DNA of 64,000 nt from a virus (Duplodnaviria > Caudoviricetes), in IMG/VR virus record IMGVR_UViG_3300025867_000005; one strand, 5' to 3'. How positions within the stretch are numbered: position 1 is the stretch's first letter; the number at the start of each line of letters is the position of its first letter. The notes beneath the pieces were generated by a model. That model did no database searches, was not told where the DNA came from, and was given only the letters and a program-made list of their open reading frames with translations. Positions 41,527 to 51,441 of this stretch are shown here, piece after piece. The translations under genes were made by a program, and so were the position numbers.

Positions 41527-43962
41527 ATGATTATTAAAAATATATTCTTTATAGTATTATTATCATGTATTTCTGTCTTCGGACAAATCTATCAGATGCC
41601 TAATACTGATGTTACTAATGGATTAATTGCTCATTATAAATTAGACGAAATGTCATATGATGGGACCGCTGGTGAAGTTAAAGACAGTAGTGGTAATGGG
41701 AATAATGGGACTAGTTATGGAGGCGTTCTTACCAACCCTGGGAAAATAGGCAGAGCGGGATATTTTGATAGTGTAAGTCATATTAATGCCATGTTACCTT
41801 CCGTATTGGAAATGCCAGTATCCTTATCATTATGGGTTAATTTTGAAGAAAATAAATTAATCACATCAGTTTCAACCGTTATTTCTTTTGAATCGTATAG
41901 GCCAAGAATCAGTTTTACGACATATAGAGGATATCTTTCGTATGAAATATATCATTCAAGTCTAGGCGGAGATATTATATTTAAAGTAGGTAGCATAGGG
42001 GATAATAAATGGCATCTAATGACACTAGTACTATCATCAACAAACTCTATATGCTATGTAGACGGGACTAAGAATATGCCATTGATTGATGCTGTTTGTC
42101 CTTCGTTTTTAAACGGTTGGATTCGTCTAAGTTCAGTGACTGATGATAATTCCCAAAAATTCAATGGTCTTATTGATGATGTCCGTATTTACGACCGAGC
42201 ACTGTCTCCTGAAGAAGTCATTAAACTTTACAATCTAGGATTTCCTAAGAAACAGATAGTGGTATATAGTCCTAAAACTATTCCCTATGAATGTCTTCCC
42301 ACAAATGGACTGATTGCCCATTGGAAGCTTGATGAAACGAGTTATAATGGAACTCAGGGAGAAGTTAAGGATAGTTCTGGAAACGGAAATAATGGGACAA
42401 GTCTTGGACATGTAATTACCAATCCAGGAAAGATTGAACGCTGCGGGATATTCGATGGCCTAGATACGGGAGTGTATGTGCCCGCCCTTGACAACTATTT
42501 AGACACAAAATCCGCCGCTACATTTTCTTGTTGGATTAAAACATCTAAAGTCCAGCATCGTAAACTGATCTTGGGATGGTGGTGTTCTTATGATAATTGC
42601 ATAAGGCTTGAAAGCGGATATTTACGTTTTTTTTTGAAAACAGACACAACACCATATTCAACAATACAGATTGAAGAATCCCAAATAAATGATGGAAAAT
42701 GGCATTTCTTATGTGGAACATATGACGGCGCGAAGCAAGTGCTTTTCGTAGATGATGATTTTCAATCGGTTGATCTGACGGGTATCATAGTGTCTCCCGA
42801 CATATTTGGGTTTGGCACTATCGGGACTCTTTCTGAGTATAGCTTTGACGGTTCTATAGATGATGTCCGCGTCTATAACCGTGCTTTGTCTCATAAAGAA
42901 GTTCAAGAACTTTATAACGCTAGACCGATTAAGGATTCAGCAGTAGCAGTGTATAGTGGAAATACATTGGTCAGTAATCCGTTGAAGAAGGATTACCCGA
43001 ATACTGTTTCGGAGAATATCGAGCCGGTCACGCTGACATTTAAGTATGTCAGCACATATCCAGCGGCCATAACGATTGGTAGAGGTTCGTATGGACAGCC
43101 TGCCGATCCGTCCAAAGCTCTGGTAGACGCCGGTGACGGCGTGTTTGTACCGTGGACAAGCAACACGATAACGCTCAAAGGTAAGCAGATCAGATTTAGG
43201 GGTGACTGGCGCAATACAGCAGGAAACTTCATGGAATTGTTCAGTAGCACTTTCATTGGCGGACATTATGTCACAATGTCAGGTGGGTTTGATTTTGAGG
43301 GTGCGCCAGCGGCCTACATGTTCCAATCCACTTTCTATGGCTGCTCAAATCTGACAGGTCCGATTCCATCTGGTTTGTTCGGCGCGATTTCTGGCACGCC
43401 AGCGGCCAACATGTTCAATAGCACTTTCACTGGCTGCTCAAGGCTGACAGGTCCGATTCCATCTGGTTTGTTCGGTAATATCTCCGGTGCGCCAGCGGCC
43501 AACATGTTCTATGTCACTTTCTATGAGTGCTCAAATCTGACAGGTCCGATTCCATCTGGTTTGTTCGGTAATATCTCCGGTGCGCCAGCGGCCAACATGT
43601 TCAATAGCACTTTCACTGGCTGCTCAAGGCTGACAGGTCCGATTCCATCTGGTTTGTTCGGCAATATGTCTGGCACGCCAGCGGCCGACATGTTCAATAG
43701 CACTTTCACTGACTGCTCAAGGCTGACAGGTCCGATTCCATCTGGTTTGTTCGGTAATATCTCCGGTGCGCCAGCGGCCAACATGTTCAATAGCACTTTC
43801 TATAGGTGCCCAAATCTGACAGGTGAATCCGCCTTGATGCCAGACGGCACAACACACTTATATGAGCAGTTTCCGACTGCCAGCGGAACTGACTGTCAGC
43901 GATGCTATTACAACGCGACCGGGCTGAACGATTACGCGACAATGCCAAGCGCGTGGAAGTAA
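41527..43962 (+). CDS. exported protein: two LamG/ConA-like domains plus BspA-like LRR domain
   Basis: TNGLIAH.KLDE..DSSGNGNNGT..F.G.IDDVR.Y.RALS twice; C-terminal 31-aa repeats. Confidence 0.85.
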   Translation: MIIKNIFFIVLLSCISVFGQIYQMPNTDVTNGLIAHYKLDEMSYDGTAGEVKDSSGNGNNGTSYGGVLTNPGKIGRAGYFDSVSHINAMLPSVLEMPVSLSLWVNFEENKLITSVSTVISFESYRPRISFTTYRGYLSYEIYHSSLGGDIIFKVGSIGDNKWHLMTLVLSSTNSICYVDGTKNMPLIDAVCPSFLNGWIRLSSVTDDNSQKFNGLIDDVRIYDRALSPEEVIKLYNLGFPKKQIVVYSPKTIPYECLPTNGLIAHWKLDETSYNGTQGEVKDSSGNGNNGTSLGHVITNPGKIERCGIFDGLDTGVYVPALDNYLDTKSAATFSCWIKTSKVQHRKLILGWWCSYDNCIRLESGYLRFFLKTDTTPYSTIQIEESQINDGKWHFLCGTYDGAKQVLFVDDDFQSVDLTGIIVSPDIFGFGTIGTLSEYSFDGSIDDVRVYNRALSHKEVQELYNARPIKDSAVAVYSGNTLVSNPLKKDYPNTVSENIEPVTLTFKYVSTYPAAITIGRGSYGQPADPSKALVDAGDGVFVPWTSNTITLKGKQIRFRGDWRNTAGNFMELFSSTFIGGHYVTMSGGFDFEGAPAAYMFQSTFYGCSNLTGPIPSGLFGAISGTPAANMFNSTFTGCSRLTGPIPSGLFGNISGAPAANMFYVTFYECSNLTGPIPSGLFGNISGAPAANMFNSTFTGCSRLTGPIPSGLFGNMSGTPAADMFNSTFTDCSRLTGPIPSGLFGNISGAPAANMFNSTFYRCPNLTGESALMPDGTTHLYEQFPTASGTDCQRCYYNATGLNDYATMPSAWK
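43303..43825 (+). repeat. 93-bp tandem repeat, about 5.6 copies, encoding LRR units
   Basis: units start at 43303, 43396, 43489, 43582, 43675, 43768; core CTGACAGGTCCGATTCCATCTGGTTTGTTCGG identical in five units. Confidence 0.95.
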
Positions 43963-43995
43963 TGCGGCGGTGAGGACTGTTTAAACAGGAGAATT

Positions 43996-44295
43996 TTGAA
44001 AATGAGCGAGGCATCATCTACCAAACAGAAACTAGACGAATTCCGGGCGTCGTTGCCGCCTGGCGACGAGCACACCGAGCCGACGCGGGAAATGCTCAGG
44101 GTTACGTCGTACGCCTGTAATGGTGCGCCTGACAAGCAGCAGGCCCTTGCTAACGCGGTTGTCGCATTTCAGTCATTCGGAGGACAATTAACTGGATTCG
44201 TTTATGAACAAATAATCTACACCAGAGACATAAGTGATGAAGAACTTCAACAGGTAAATAACTATTTGATTAAGAAGTGGAAAATAAAATTCTAA
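43996..44295 (+). pseudogene. chimeric ORF ending in a relic LamG-type C-terminus
   Basis: GC-rich 5' half; 3' end G.VYEQIIYTRDISDEE..QV..YL..KW is a typical LamG end. Confidence 0.45.
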
Positions 44296-44307
44296 GGAGA
44301 GTAACAG

Positions 44308-45036
44308 ATGCAATACGCTAAATTCGTTTCAGGCACAGAAATAAAATTACCGATAGAAGAAGATTATCTTGAAGATGGCATTACGTTTAAAGACCCAAGC
44401 CTATGGTATGAAGTCATTGAATCTTCTAAACCTACAGATGTCAGTGTCTTCAAAGATTACGTCTGTCATTATTCCCTAGTTTCTTGGAATTTCGGAGAAC
44501 CTAAACAAATAGTCCAGTCTTGGAAAACTGTCATAACGGAACCGGTTGGAAGAGTCGGGAAGCTTGTTGACGGCAACATTATAATGCCATCAAAAAATGA
44601 AAAGATCAATGGTTCTATCATCTGCAATTATGATAGGCTTCCCAACAGTAGAAAAATGGAAGACGGATGGATTCTTATTGAAGAAACGGAATCCCCTACC
44701 GATGGAAAGTCATATGTGCAAAAGGGTGAAATAATCCCAGATGCCGTCTATGGAAGCCGGATTAAAATCGTTTGGGAAGAACAGCCGGAAGTCGTCCCTG
44801 TAACCAGACAGAGAGTTCTGGATTTACGTGCAAAGTATGTTTCTACAACCCACAGTCTTTGTCAATTGGCAGGAGTTGAAGTCAAAGACAAGCTTGAAGA
44901 CACTGAATATGAAACCACGGTTATCAAGGCGATGTCAACAGATGCAGGTACCGCGATGATGCTTACTCAGACCATTATGTATTGTTTCTTCCAGCTCAAA
45001 ATGGAAGACGGAGGTGATGCATGGGACAGGATATAA
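44308..45036 (+). CDS. putative fibre assembly/chaperone protein
   Basis: AAGGAG SD; acidic, duplicated Y......I...W modules; follows the fibre genes. Confidence 0.55.
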   Translation: MQYAKFVSGTEIKLPIEEDYLEDGITFKDPSLWYEVIESSKPTDVSVFKDYVCHYSLVSWNFGEPKQIVQSWKTVITEPVGRVGKLVDGNIIMPSKNEKINGSIICNYDRLPNSRKMEDGWILIEETESPTDGKSYVQKGEIIPDAVYGSRIKIVWEEQPEVVPVTRQRVLDLRAKYVSTTHSLCQLAGVEVKDKLEDTEYETTVIKAMSTDAGTAMMLTQTIMYCFFQLKMEDGGDAWDRI

Positions 45037-45269
45037 AACAGTATTTTTATCTTGAATCACCGACGAGAGGATATGTCGGGATTACCAACCTTTTCAAGTT
45101 GAATATGCAGATTATCTTCAATGCTACAGACCCGACGTTTTTCAAATCCAAACAGAAATGTGAAGATTTCGCGAAGATGCTTTGTTATCAAGTCGCCGAT
45201 ATCGAAGTACGGAGCACCGATGGTCTTGAAAATTGGTATGTCAAATTGCTAGAACTTTACGCGATTTAA
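45021..45269 (+). CDS. hypothetical protein
   Basis: GGAGGT SD. Confidence 0.65.
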   Translation: MGQDIKQYFYLESPTRGYVGITNLFKLNMQIIFNATDPTFFKSKQKCEDFAKMLCYQVADIEVRSTDGLENWYVKLLELYAI

Positions 45270-45272
45270 TCA

Positions 45273-45638
45273 CTATTCATTTAAAAACCGACCGGAAAAC
45301 GAAATGAACTTTTCGTACACTCGGTAGGATTTTTCACCTAGCACATCAAACAGTTCTGACAGTAGATTCAAAACCCGCTGTAAGCTATAAAGGGAAAGGA
45401 AGATTGTCAAACTTACGGGATAAAAAATGGACATCTTCACGCCTCTTTTTGAAATCCTTATCTTCTTCTTTGAAACGCTAGAAATGATTACTATCGGACA
45501 AAAGAAAAATGAAAAAAGGGAAGCTTTCATCGTTTTACCAAAGCCGGTAAATTCATATGCATAGGAGTTTACTGCAAAACAGAAACAGTCTGCGACATAC
45601 CAATATACCAAGATTCCGATTAGCCAATAATTAGACAT
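45273..45638 (-). CDS. hypothetical membrane protein
   Basis: hydrophobic segments; AAGGA SD. Confidence 0.65.
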   Translation of the reverse strand: MSNYWLIGILVYWYVADCFCFAVNSYAYEFTGFGKTMKASLFSFFFCPIVIISSVSKKKIRISKRGVKMSIFYPVSLTIFLSLYSLQRVLNLLSELFDVLGEKSYRVYEKFISFSGRFLNE

Positions 45639-46182
45639 TACGATATTCCTTTAATTTCTTCTGTGCTTCATCTGTATTGATCCATCCGCAAGGCTTCAAT
45701 TCAGGGCAGAAACCCCTATAGATACATTCTGGTACACAACAGCTTGCAAGTGCCGGGTCTGCCGTCTTAAGAGAATCCACAACGGCTTGCCATGCCTGTC
45801 TGGTTTCCGGACTAGCTTGGTTACAAAGCCTGCGGCGGCTGATGAACATAATTGCTTGTGCATTGGCTTCGCATTCATGCTCTACCAAAGCGCCTTGCGG
45901 CAATTCGTCTCTATTCACTCCTGTCCTATCACTTCTCTGTGTTCTTACCCAGTGTTCAATACCGAATTTATGCCTGACAATGTGCGTCGAACACCAATAC
46001 TTCAAGTCCTTCCACTTCCAATTAAAAACAAGCTTACGGATAGGAGAATGTTCAGCTAGCAACATTTTCCTTTTCCAAGTGTCGCTCGGTTCATTTGTTC
46101 CTGGTTCCATATGAATAGTCGTTCTTGCTGCATCTGCCACTTCCCGCCATGTTCCCTTAGATTTCATATTTTCAACTTGCAT
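45631..46182 (-). CDS. thyX: flavin-dependent thymidylate synthase (short form)
   Basis: A.HSP, STHIVRH..G.....TQR, RRLC..A..ETR, P.C...G.CPE...CG. Confidence 0.85.
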   Translation of the reverse strand: MQVENMKSKGTWREVADAARTTIHMEPGTNEPSDTWKRKMLLAEHSPIRKLVFNWKWKDLKYWCSTHIVRHKFGIEHWVRTQRSDRTGVNRDELPQGALVEHECEANAQAIMFISRRRLCNQASPETRQAWQAVVDSLKTADPALASCCVPECIYRGFCPELKPCGWINTDEAQKKLKEYRNV

Positions 46183-46183
46183 A

Positions 46184-46651
46184 TCATTCTCCTATCACAA
46201 AGCCATTCTCTTCAAAAATAGGCCTTAGTTTGTTTTCGAACAACTCTTTAGAAACAATTCCGTCTTTAAGAAATTCGGACTTGCTTATCATTGACGGACA
46301 GTAGGTTTTCTTTATTCCGGCAAGAAGTTCGTACCAGCTAGGCAGACCACCGAAATTCCTGTCATCGATATAGATATCCGCGACTATTTTCCTCGGATCA
46401 TAACCTTCAGAAATCTGTTCAGAATTGGTGTTAACTCCTTTGAAGCAATACAAAATCCCGTTTTCTTTAAGAAAGTCCATTGCTTCTTCCAACGACTTTC
46501 CATACCTACAGGTCCAAAGCCTGAGTTCGAAACCCAGCCTGTGAAGTTCAGAAACAACTTCTTTACAACCGGGTCTGAAAACGAAAAGGTTTCCACATCC
46601 TGGTTTTGTAATTGTGCCGTCAAAGTCTATCGCGATTACGGGAATCTGCAT
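46184..46651 (-). CDS. HAD-family phosphatase (BT0820-like)
   Basis: IAIDFDGTI, LWTCR, RKI.AD.YIDDR. Confidence 0.88.
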   Translation of the reverse strand: MQIPVIAIDFDGTITKPGCGNLFVFRPGCKEVVSELHRLGFELRLWTCRYGKSLEEAMDFLKENGILYCFKGVNTNSEQISEGYDPRKIVADIYIDDRNFGGLPSWYELLAGIKKTYCPSMISKSEFLKDGIVSKELFENKLRPIFEENGFVIGE

Positions 46652-47139
46652 TAGTTACCCGTACTTCCGAATCCGTTGCCGCTTCTGATGGTGTTCAAGG
46701 CATCCATATCTTCCCCGCTTATTTCAATAGTCAAAGGAGATTCAAACCTGACGACGACCAATTGCGCGACTTTATCTCCTTTATTGACGGTATAAACACT
46801 GGTTCCGTGATTGATAAGGATTACCTTCAATTCGCCAGTATATCCGCTATCCAAAATTCCCGGTGCGTTTCCTACCGTCAAGGAATATTTGCTGGCCAAT
46901 CCCGATCTCGGGCAAACCAAGCCGACACATCCGGAAGGGATTTTCACACGGCATCCAGATCCGATTGTTACAGATGTTCCAGGTATGATGACGGAATCCT
47001 CATTGCTGAAGATGTCAAATCCTGCATCCCCCGGAAGCGCCTGAAGAGGGATTTTGGCACCTTCTCCTATTTTAGCTACTTTTATTTCCGTTATTCCGTT
47101 CCTCTTGCAGGCACAATCTTCAATTTGTTCTCTCGGCAT
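46651..47139 (-). CDS. dut: dUTPase
   Basis: DAGFDI, PRSGLA, GILDSGYTGE, GDKVAQL, RSGNGFGSTG. Confidence 0.96.
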   Translation of the reverse strand: MPREQIEDCACKRNGITEIKVAKIGEGAKIPLQALPGDAGFDIFSNEDSVIIPGTSVTIGSGCRVKIPSGCVGLVCPRSGLASKYSLTVGNAPGILDSGYTGELKVILINHGTSVYTVNKGDKVAQLVVVRFESPLTIEISGEDMDALNTIRSGNGFGSTGN

Positions 47140-47230
47140 TTTAGACCTTTCCTTTTTTTGATAGTTCATACCCATTATAGACGGCAAACCTTAAGTTTTC
47201 AGATCAGCCGTCAGCAAAGCGGAGAAAAGG

Positions 47231-49132
47231 ATGTCATTACAAATAACAGAAAAGGATTTCAGATTTTACTTGTTTATGTTAAAACAAGTTTCTTCTGCCT
47301 ATGCCACCGCTCCCGATCTTGATTTCAGCGGGATGACAACCAAAAAATTCTATGACAGTATTTATGAAAACGGAGTGGCATCTGTTTGTGTTCCTCTTGT
47401 AAATTCAACAAATGCCTGTGACAATATTAACTATGTCTACGATCTTACTTCTTTTTCCCTATATCTTACAGCGATTGATAATGCCTTCGAGACATATTTT
47501 TCTGATTTTGGAAACGGAATCACATCCATAGGAACATTTATGTTGGCGAATGACCTTTCTGTCAACCAAGTAACTGACAGTTTCTATTACGACATAGTAG
47601 GTACGCATTTCTATTCCGGAACAGTTTTCAAACCAGAAGGAACGGTGCATTATACCTACACATATGATACAGAAACAGATTCTTGGACTGGTGCGTATAC
47701 AAACAGAACCTATACGGGAACCGTTTATTCTCATTCCTCAACTTCCGGTCTGATGACTAAGCCTCAGAAAATGAAACTTTCAGCAAGTCTTTCAGACCTT
47801 CTGGTCCTTGCTACTTTTGAAACAGAAGGTGAAGATTACAAGATGATTGCTTTCCTGGACAGTGACGGAACCGCCGTAACTACTGAAACAGAAGTTATTG
47901 GACTTTCTTCCATTGAAATCTTGAATCAACAGACAAACGATTTAAAAGATATCGCGCTTCTTGACGGTTGCAACATTCAAGTCAAATATACAACCGATTA
48001 CGAACTATCCGACAGTTTTACAACGGTTGCAAGTTCTTCCACAACGCTTACCCACGGAACACGGATAAAGGGGAGCACAGGATCTTACATCATTCAGAAC
48101 CAGGATTTTAAATACCTTCTGTTTGCAGAACCTGCTGAAGGATATTATTTTACTGGCTGGACAAACGGCGGAGCCAATCCCAAATATCAGTCTTATCCTG
48201 ATGCTGAGGACGTACCTTTGTTTTCTGCATATGTCAATGTCTCATCCAGCACCGTTTTAGACGGGACAACGGGAACGGTTTCAGATATCTCTATTGATTA
48301 TATCGGCAAACAACCAAAGACAAGTGGAACCCAGCAATTCATCCCTTGTACCTTCTATCCTACGGCGATATACGATGATACCAAATACATCGTTGTATCT
48401 ATCGGATGGGCTGACAATCTCGGTGCAAGCGGAACCCTGACCAACGGACAATCTTTTGAAATTACAGAAGGACAGACCCAGATTGATTTCACCTTTACCT
48501 TCAAAACAGCGGCGATTGTTTCCATTACGTCTTCCCCTGCTTTAATCCCTGACGGCTACAACCTTCACACGTTGCCAGCGGCATACGTCCTTAATGGTGG
48601 TGGCTATAAGCCTTCGAATGCCGTAGGCGACGTTGTAGACATCAAAGCGTGGCTTGCAGAAAACCTTCCTTCTTCTATCTATGTTTTCAACAGATGGTCA
48701 GATGCAGAAGCCGGCAATTATTCGGCGATCAAAGCTTCCCAAACCCTGACGGCTGAAAACAGTTTTCAAGTCGAATTGGTCAATCTCGGGGCAAGTCCTG
48801 TGGAACATACGATTGTTCTGACGGCCGGTAACACATATCCGAATTTCAAGGTCTATGACTATACCAACTTGAATAGTAGCGGTTCTCCGACAGAACTCCA
48901 AAAAACGATAGGTGGTAATCCGGAAATTCCTTATGCCGTTTATCACGGTGCCAATATCCTGTTCCGTGTGTCACAAGGCGGTTCTGGGTTGGAAATGTTC
49001 AAGTTCACAATCAGTCTTGACGGTAATGTCATCCATACAGAATCCGGCAATCCGAACACCTGGACATATGACATTGTTATGACTGCTATTTCCGCAAATC
49101 ATACAATCGGATTATTGATTGAAAACATTTAA
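47231..49132 (+). CDS. putative virion structural protein (633 aa), Ig-like/InlB-B-like repeats
   Basis: Thr/Ser/Tyr rich; AEPAEGYYFTGW; N-terminal domain paralogous to 49146. Confidence 0.7.
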   Translation: MSLQITEKDFRFYLFMLKQVSSAYATAPDLDFSGMTTKKFYDSIYENGVASVCVPLVNSTNACDNINYVYDLTSFSLYLTAIDNAFETYFSDFGNGITSIGTFMLANDLSVNQVTDSFYYDIVGTHFYSGTVFKPEGTVHYTYTYDTETDSWTGAYTNRTYTGTVYSHSSTSGLMTKPQKMKLSASLSDLLVLATFETEGEDYKMIAFLDSDGTAVTTETEVIGLSSIEILNQQTNDLKDIALLDGCNIQVKYTTDYELSDSFTTVASSSTTLTHGTRIKGSTGSYIIQNQDFKYLLFAEPAEGYYFTGWTNGGANPKYQSYPDAEDVPLFSAYVNVSSSTVLDGTTGTVSDISIDYIGKQPKTSGTQQFIPCTFYPTAIYDDTKYIVVSIGWADNLGASGTLTNGQSFEITEGQTQIDFTFTFKTAAIVSITSSPALIPDGYNLHTLPAAYVLNGGGYKPSNAVGDVVDIKAWLAENLPSSIYVFNRWSDAEAGNYSAIKASQTLTAENSFQVELVNLGASPVEHTIVLTAGNTYPNFKVYDYTNLNSSGSPTELQKTIGGNPEIPYAVYHGANILFRVSQGGSGLEMFKFTISLDGNVIHTESGNPNTWTYDIVMTAISANHTIGLLIENI

Positions 49133-49145
49133 TTAGAGAGAAAAT

Positions 49146-51047
49146 ATGGCAACAACACTTACAAAACAGAATCTAGCGAATATCTTTGACAGGGTTCTCG
49201 ACATCTTCGACACTTTGAAATCTGAACAAGATTCTCTGTTCACGGCAATACAGACTTGCAATATTGACTTGGCAAGTCATTTTTCTTATCGTGGAGAGGC
49301 GGACATAGAAGCACCGTTGATGCTAGCGCTTCAAAATTACAGGGATTATGTCAAGACCTGCACGACAGGATATACAAGCCTTTCAAGGTATGCTCAATTC
49401 CGCACCATGTTCACAGCATTCAGTACGTATTTCAGAACAGAGACCGTGCTTACCGACAAAACAATTAACGGGTTCATGGCTTACAACGATCTTAAGGTTT
49501 CAGACAAAGTAAATAGGATCTACCAAGGGATAACGGGCAATTACCTTCAGGCGAGAAACGTATTGCCTCCTGAAGACATGGCTTTCGCTTCGGCGGTTTC
49601 CGTTATCCCTTCCATTGGCGCAGATCCGATATGGCAGATTTCATTACCTGAAACTTCAGTTTTCAACAACACAAGTTATGTCGCTACTTCTGTAACGGGT
49701 AATACCTATAGTCCTTTCCCGATAAAAATAGTTCCGTCTGCTGAACTTACAGGGGTTGTTTTTACTTTGACATGGAGTGACGATACAACCACGACTTTTG
49801 ATTTCTCCTCAACGACACTCCCGGTATCCGGCTATTATGTAGAGACTTATCATTCCGGAATAAAGTCAATCGCTTTGGTTTCGGGAGTTATAGGAAACAT
49901 AGGCTTGACCTTCTATACGAATTTCACATACGTAAAATTCTTGTCACCTTTGGGATGGTGCAATCCTGGTGAAGAAATGATTCAAGCATATTTAACGGAT
50001 GTCAACGGTATCCGTTTGTTTTTCGGCAATACCCAATTCGTTCCGAAGAACGTTTTGGCACAACTGTATCTAAGGATAAAGCCGTCTCTTTTGGGAGACC
50101 TTAACGGTACATTCTTTATAGGAAACACACAGCTTAATTTAGGAACGGATGATGGAACCGGTTGGTATGTTTCCACGACAGAAATAACACCGACAGCGGT
50201 TGTCAATGTTCAGGCAAAGTCATTAGAAATAGCGCCTCTTCCTGGTGGACCTGTAGCGTAGTCTTTCACCGGGACCGTAGACGGAAGTTTTGAAAACCAA
50301 AACAATTACACTCCTGTTGGAACACCGACATCTATAGACACTGTAGAAGTAACAGTCGGACAGCCGTCTGGACTTTCGGGAACTCTTGCTTGTTCTTCTT
50401 TGAACCAATCAGGAAATTTTTCTTCAGCGATATTTAGAGAATCTGCAACAAACAATGGCAACATAACAGGACTGGCATCCTTCTATCCTGGAGGTAGTTT
50501 GGGTTCTTGAAGTTATCCTTCAAATAGTGGTGGAACTTGTGCTGCCGCTCAGTGTTTTTGGCTTCAAGCGGATAATGACTTAGGTGGAACCGTTACCAAT
50601 GAATATTATTGGGGATATCTTGACAATCCAAATCCTTCAACAGACTTTACTTACGTAGATGTCGGTGATTATATTGAAATAACGGATTCTTTTGCAATGA
50701 ATGAAAATGTTATTGTCCCATCTACAATTGACGGGAAATCTGTAACAACTATTACTATTAACCCTCAATCATATATGAAGACTCTGTATTTGAATGAGGG
50801 AATAACATTGTTTAAACCCTGGTTTTCAGACACTCTGATAAAAAACATAAGTGTTCCGGCAAGTATAGAAACAATTGAACCTGGTATATGGAATGCGCCT
50901 GTTTCAGTTGCCATGTTTTTTGAAGGTAACGCTCCTTCTTGTTTAGGGACTCCCGGTGGCGACAATGGTATTGTTATCTACCGACACACTGGTTCTACCG
51001 GGTTTGATGTAGCCCCTTGGAATGCTTATCCACAAATTGTCTACTAA
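49146..51047 (+). CDS. putative structural protein with C-terminal BspA-like domain, interrupted by in-frame TAG (50259-50261) and TGA (50508-50510)
   Basis: one frame from 49146 to TAA 51047 with only these two stops; DFTY......IEIT.....NVIVPSTIDGKSVTTI spans the 50697 ATG. Confidence 0.7.
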
Positions 51048-51062
51048 GGCAACTGAATATGC

Positions 51063-51254
51063 TTACCAGCCGTTTGCTTTTGCAATGAAGTAAAACACAA
51101 CGGCGATCAAAACTGACAGTGGAAGGAATGTCGTTGACAGGACTTCCGCCTGTCTAGAATACTTTTCAAATCCTTCTTTTTCCGACAGGATTGACAGAAT
51201 AAGGACGATGGCAGAAACAACAAAAAACGGGATACAGACGACAAGCTTAATCAT
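51063..51254 (-). CDS. small membrane protein (2 TM)
   Basis: AAGGA SD; two hydrophobic stretches. Confidence 0.65.
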   Translation of the reverse strand: MIKLVVCIPFFVVSAIVLILSILSEKEGFEKYSRQAEVLSTTFLPLSVLIAVVFYFIAKANGW

Positions 51255-51438
51255 TTTTTCCTTCTTTCCTGTTAAAACGTAGATATGATGCCGCAGTTGT
51301 TTCTCCGAAATCAAAAGCCCTGCCGCAATATTTCTTCGCGATTTTCCTTTTGACATCCGCTTCATCTACGGCTTCCCAAAAATCAAACATTCCGGTTTCG
51401 AAAACCGTACTCCAAAAATATCTCATTTCTTTATGCAT
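51247..51438 (-). CDS. hypothetical protein
   Basis: packed ORF. Confidence 0.6.
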   Translation of the reverse strand: MHKEMRYFWSTVFETGMFDFWEAVDEADVKRKIAKKYCGRAFDFGETTAASYLRFNRKEGKND

Positions 51439-51441
51439 GTT

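Noticed and set aside
43303-43825. CRISPR array or DGR template/variable repeat
   Set aside because: Units are in-frame 93-bp coding repeats without unique spacers. Differences are not limited to adenines, and no reverse transcriptase or cas gene is visible in the window.
50697-51047. Independent 116-aa gene
   Set aside because: No SD, and the ATG falls inside a recognisable BspA-type domain, so I treated it as the 3' end of the 49146 gene.
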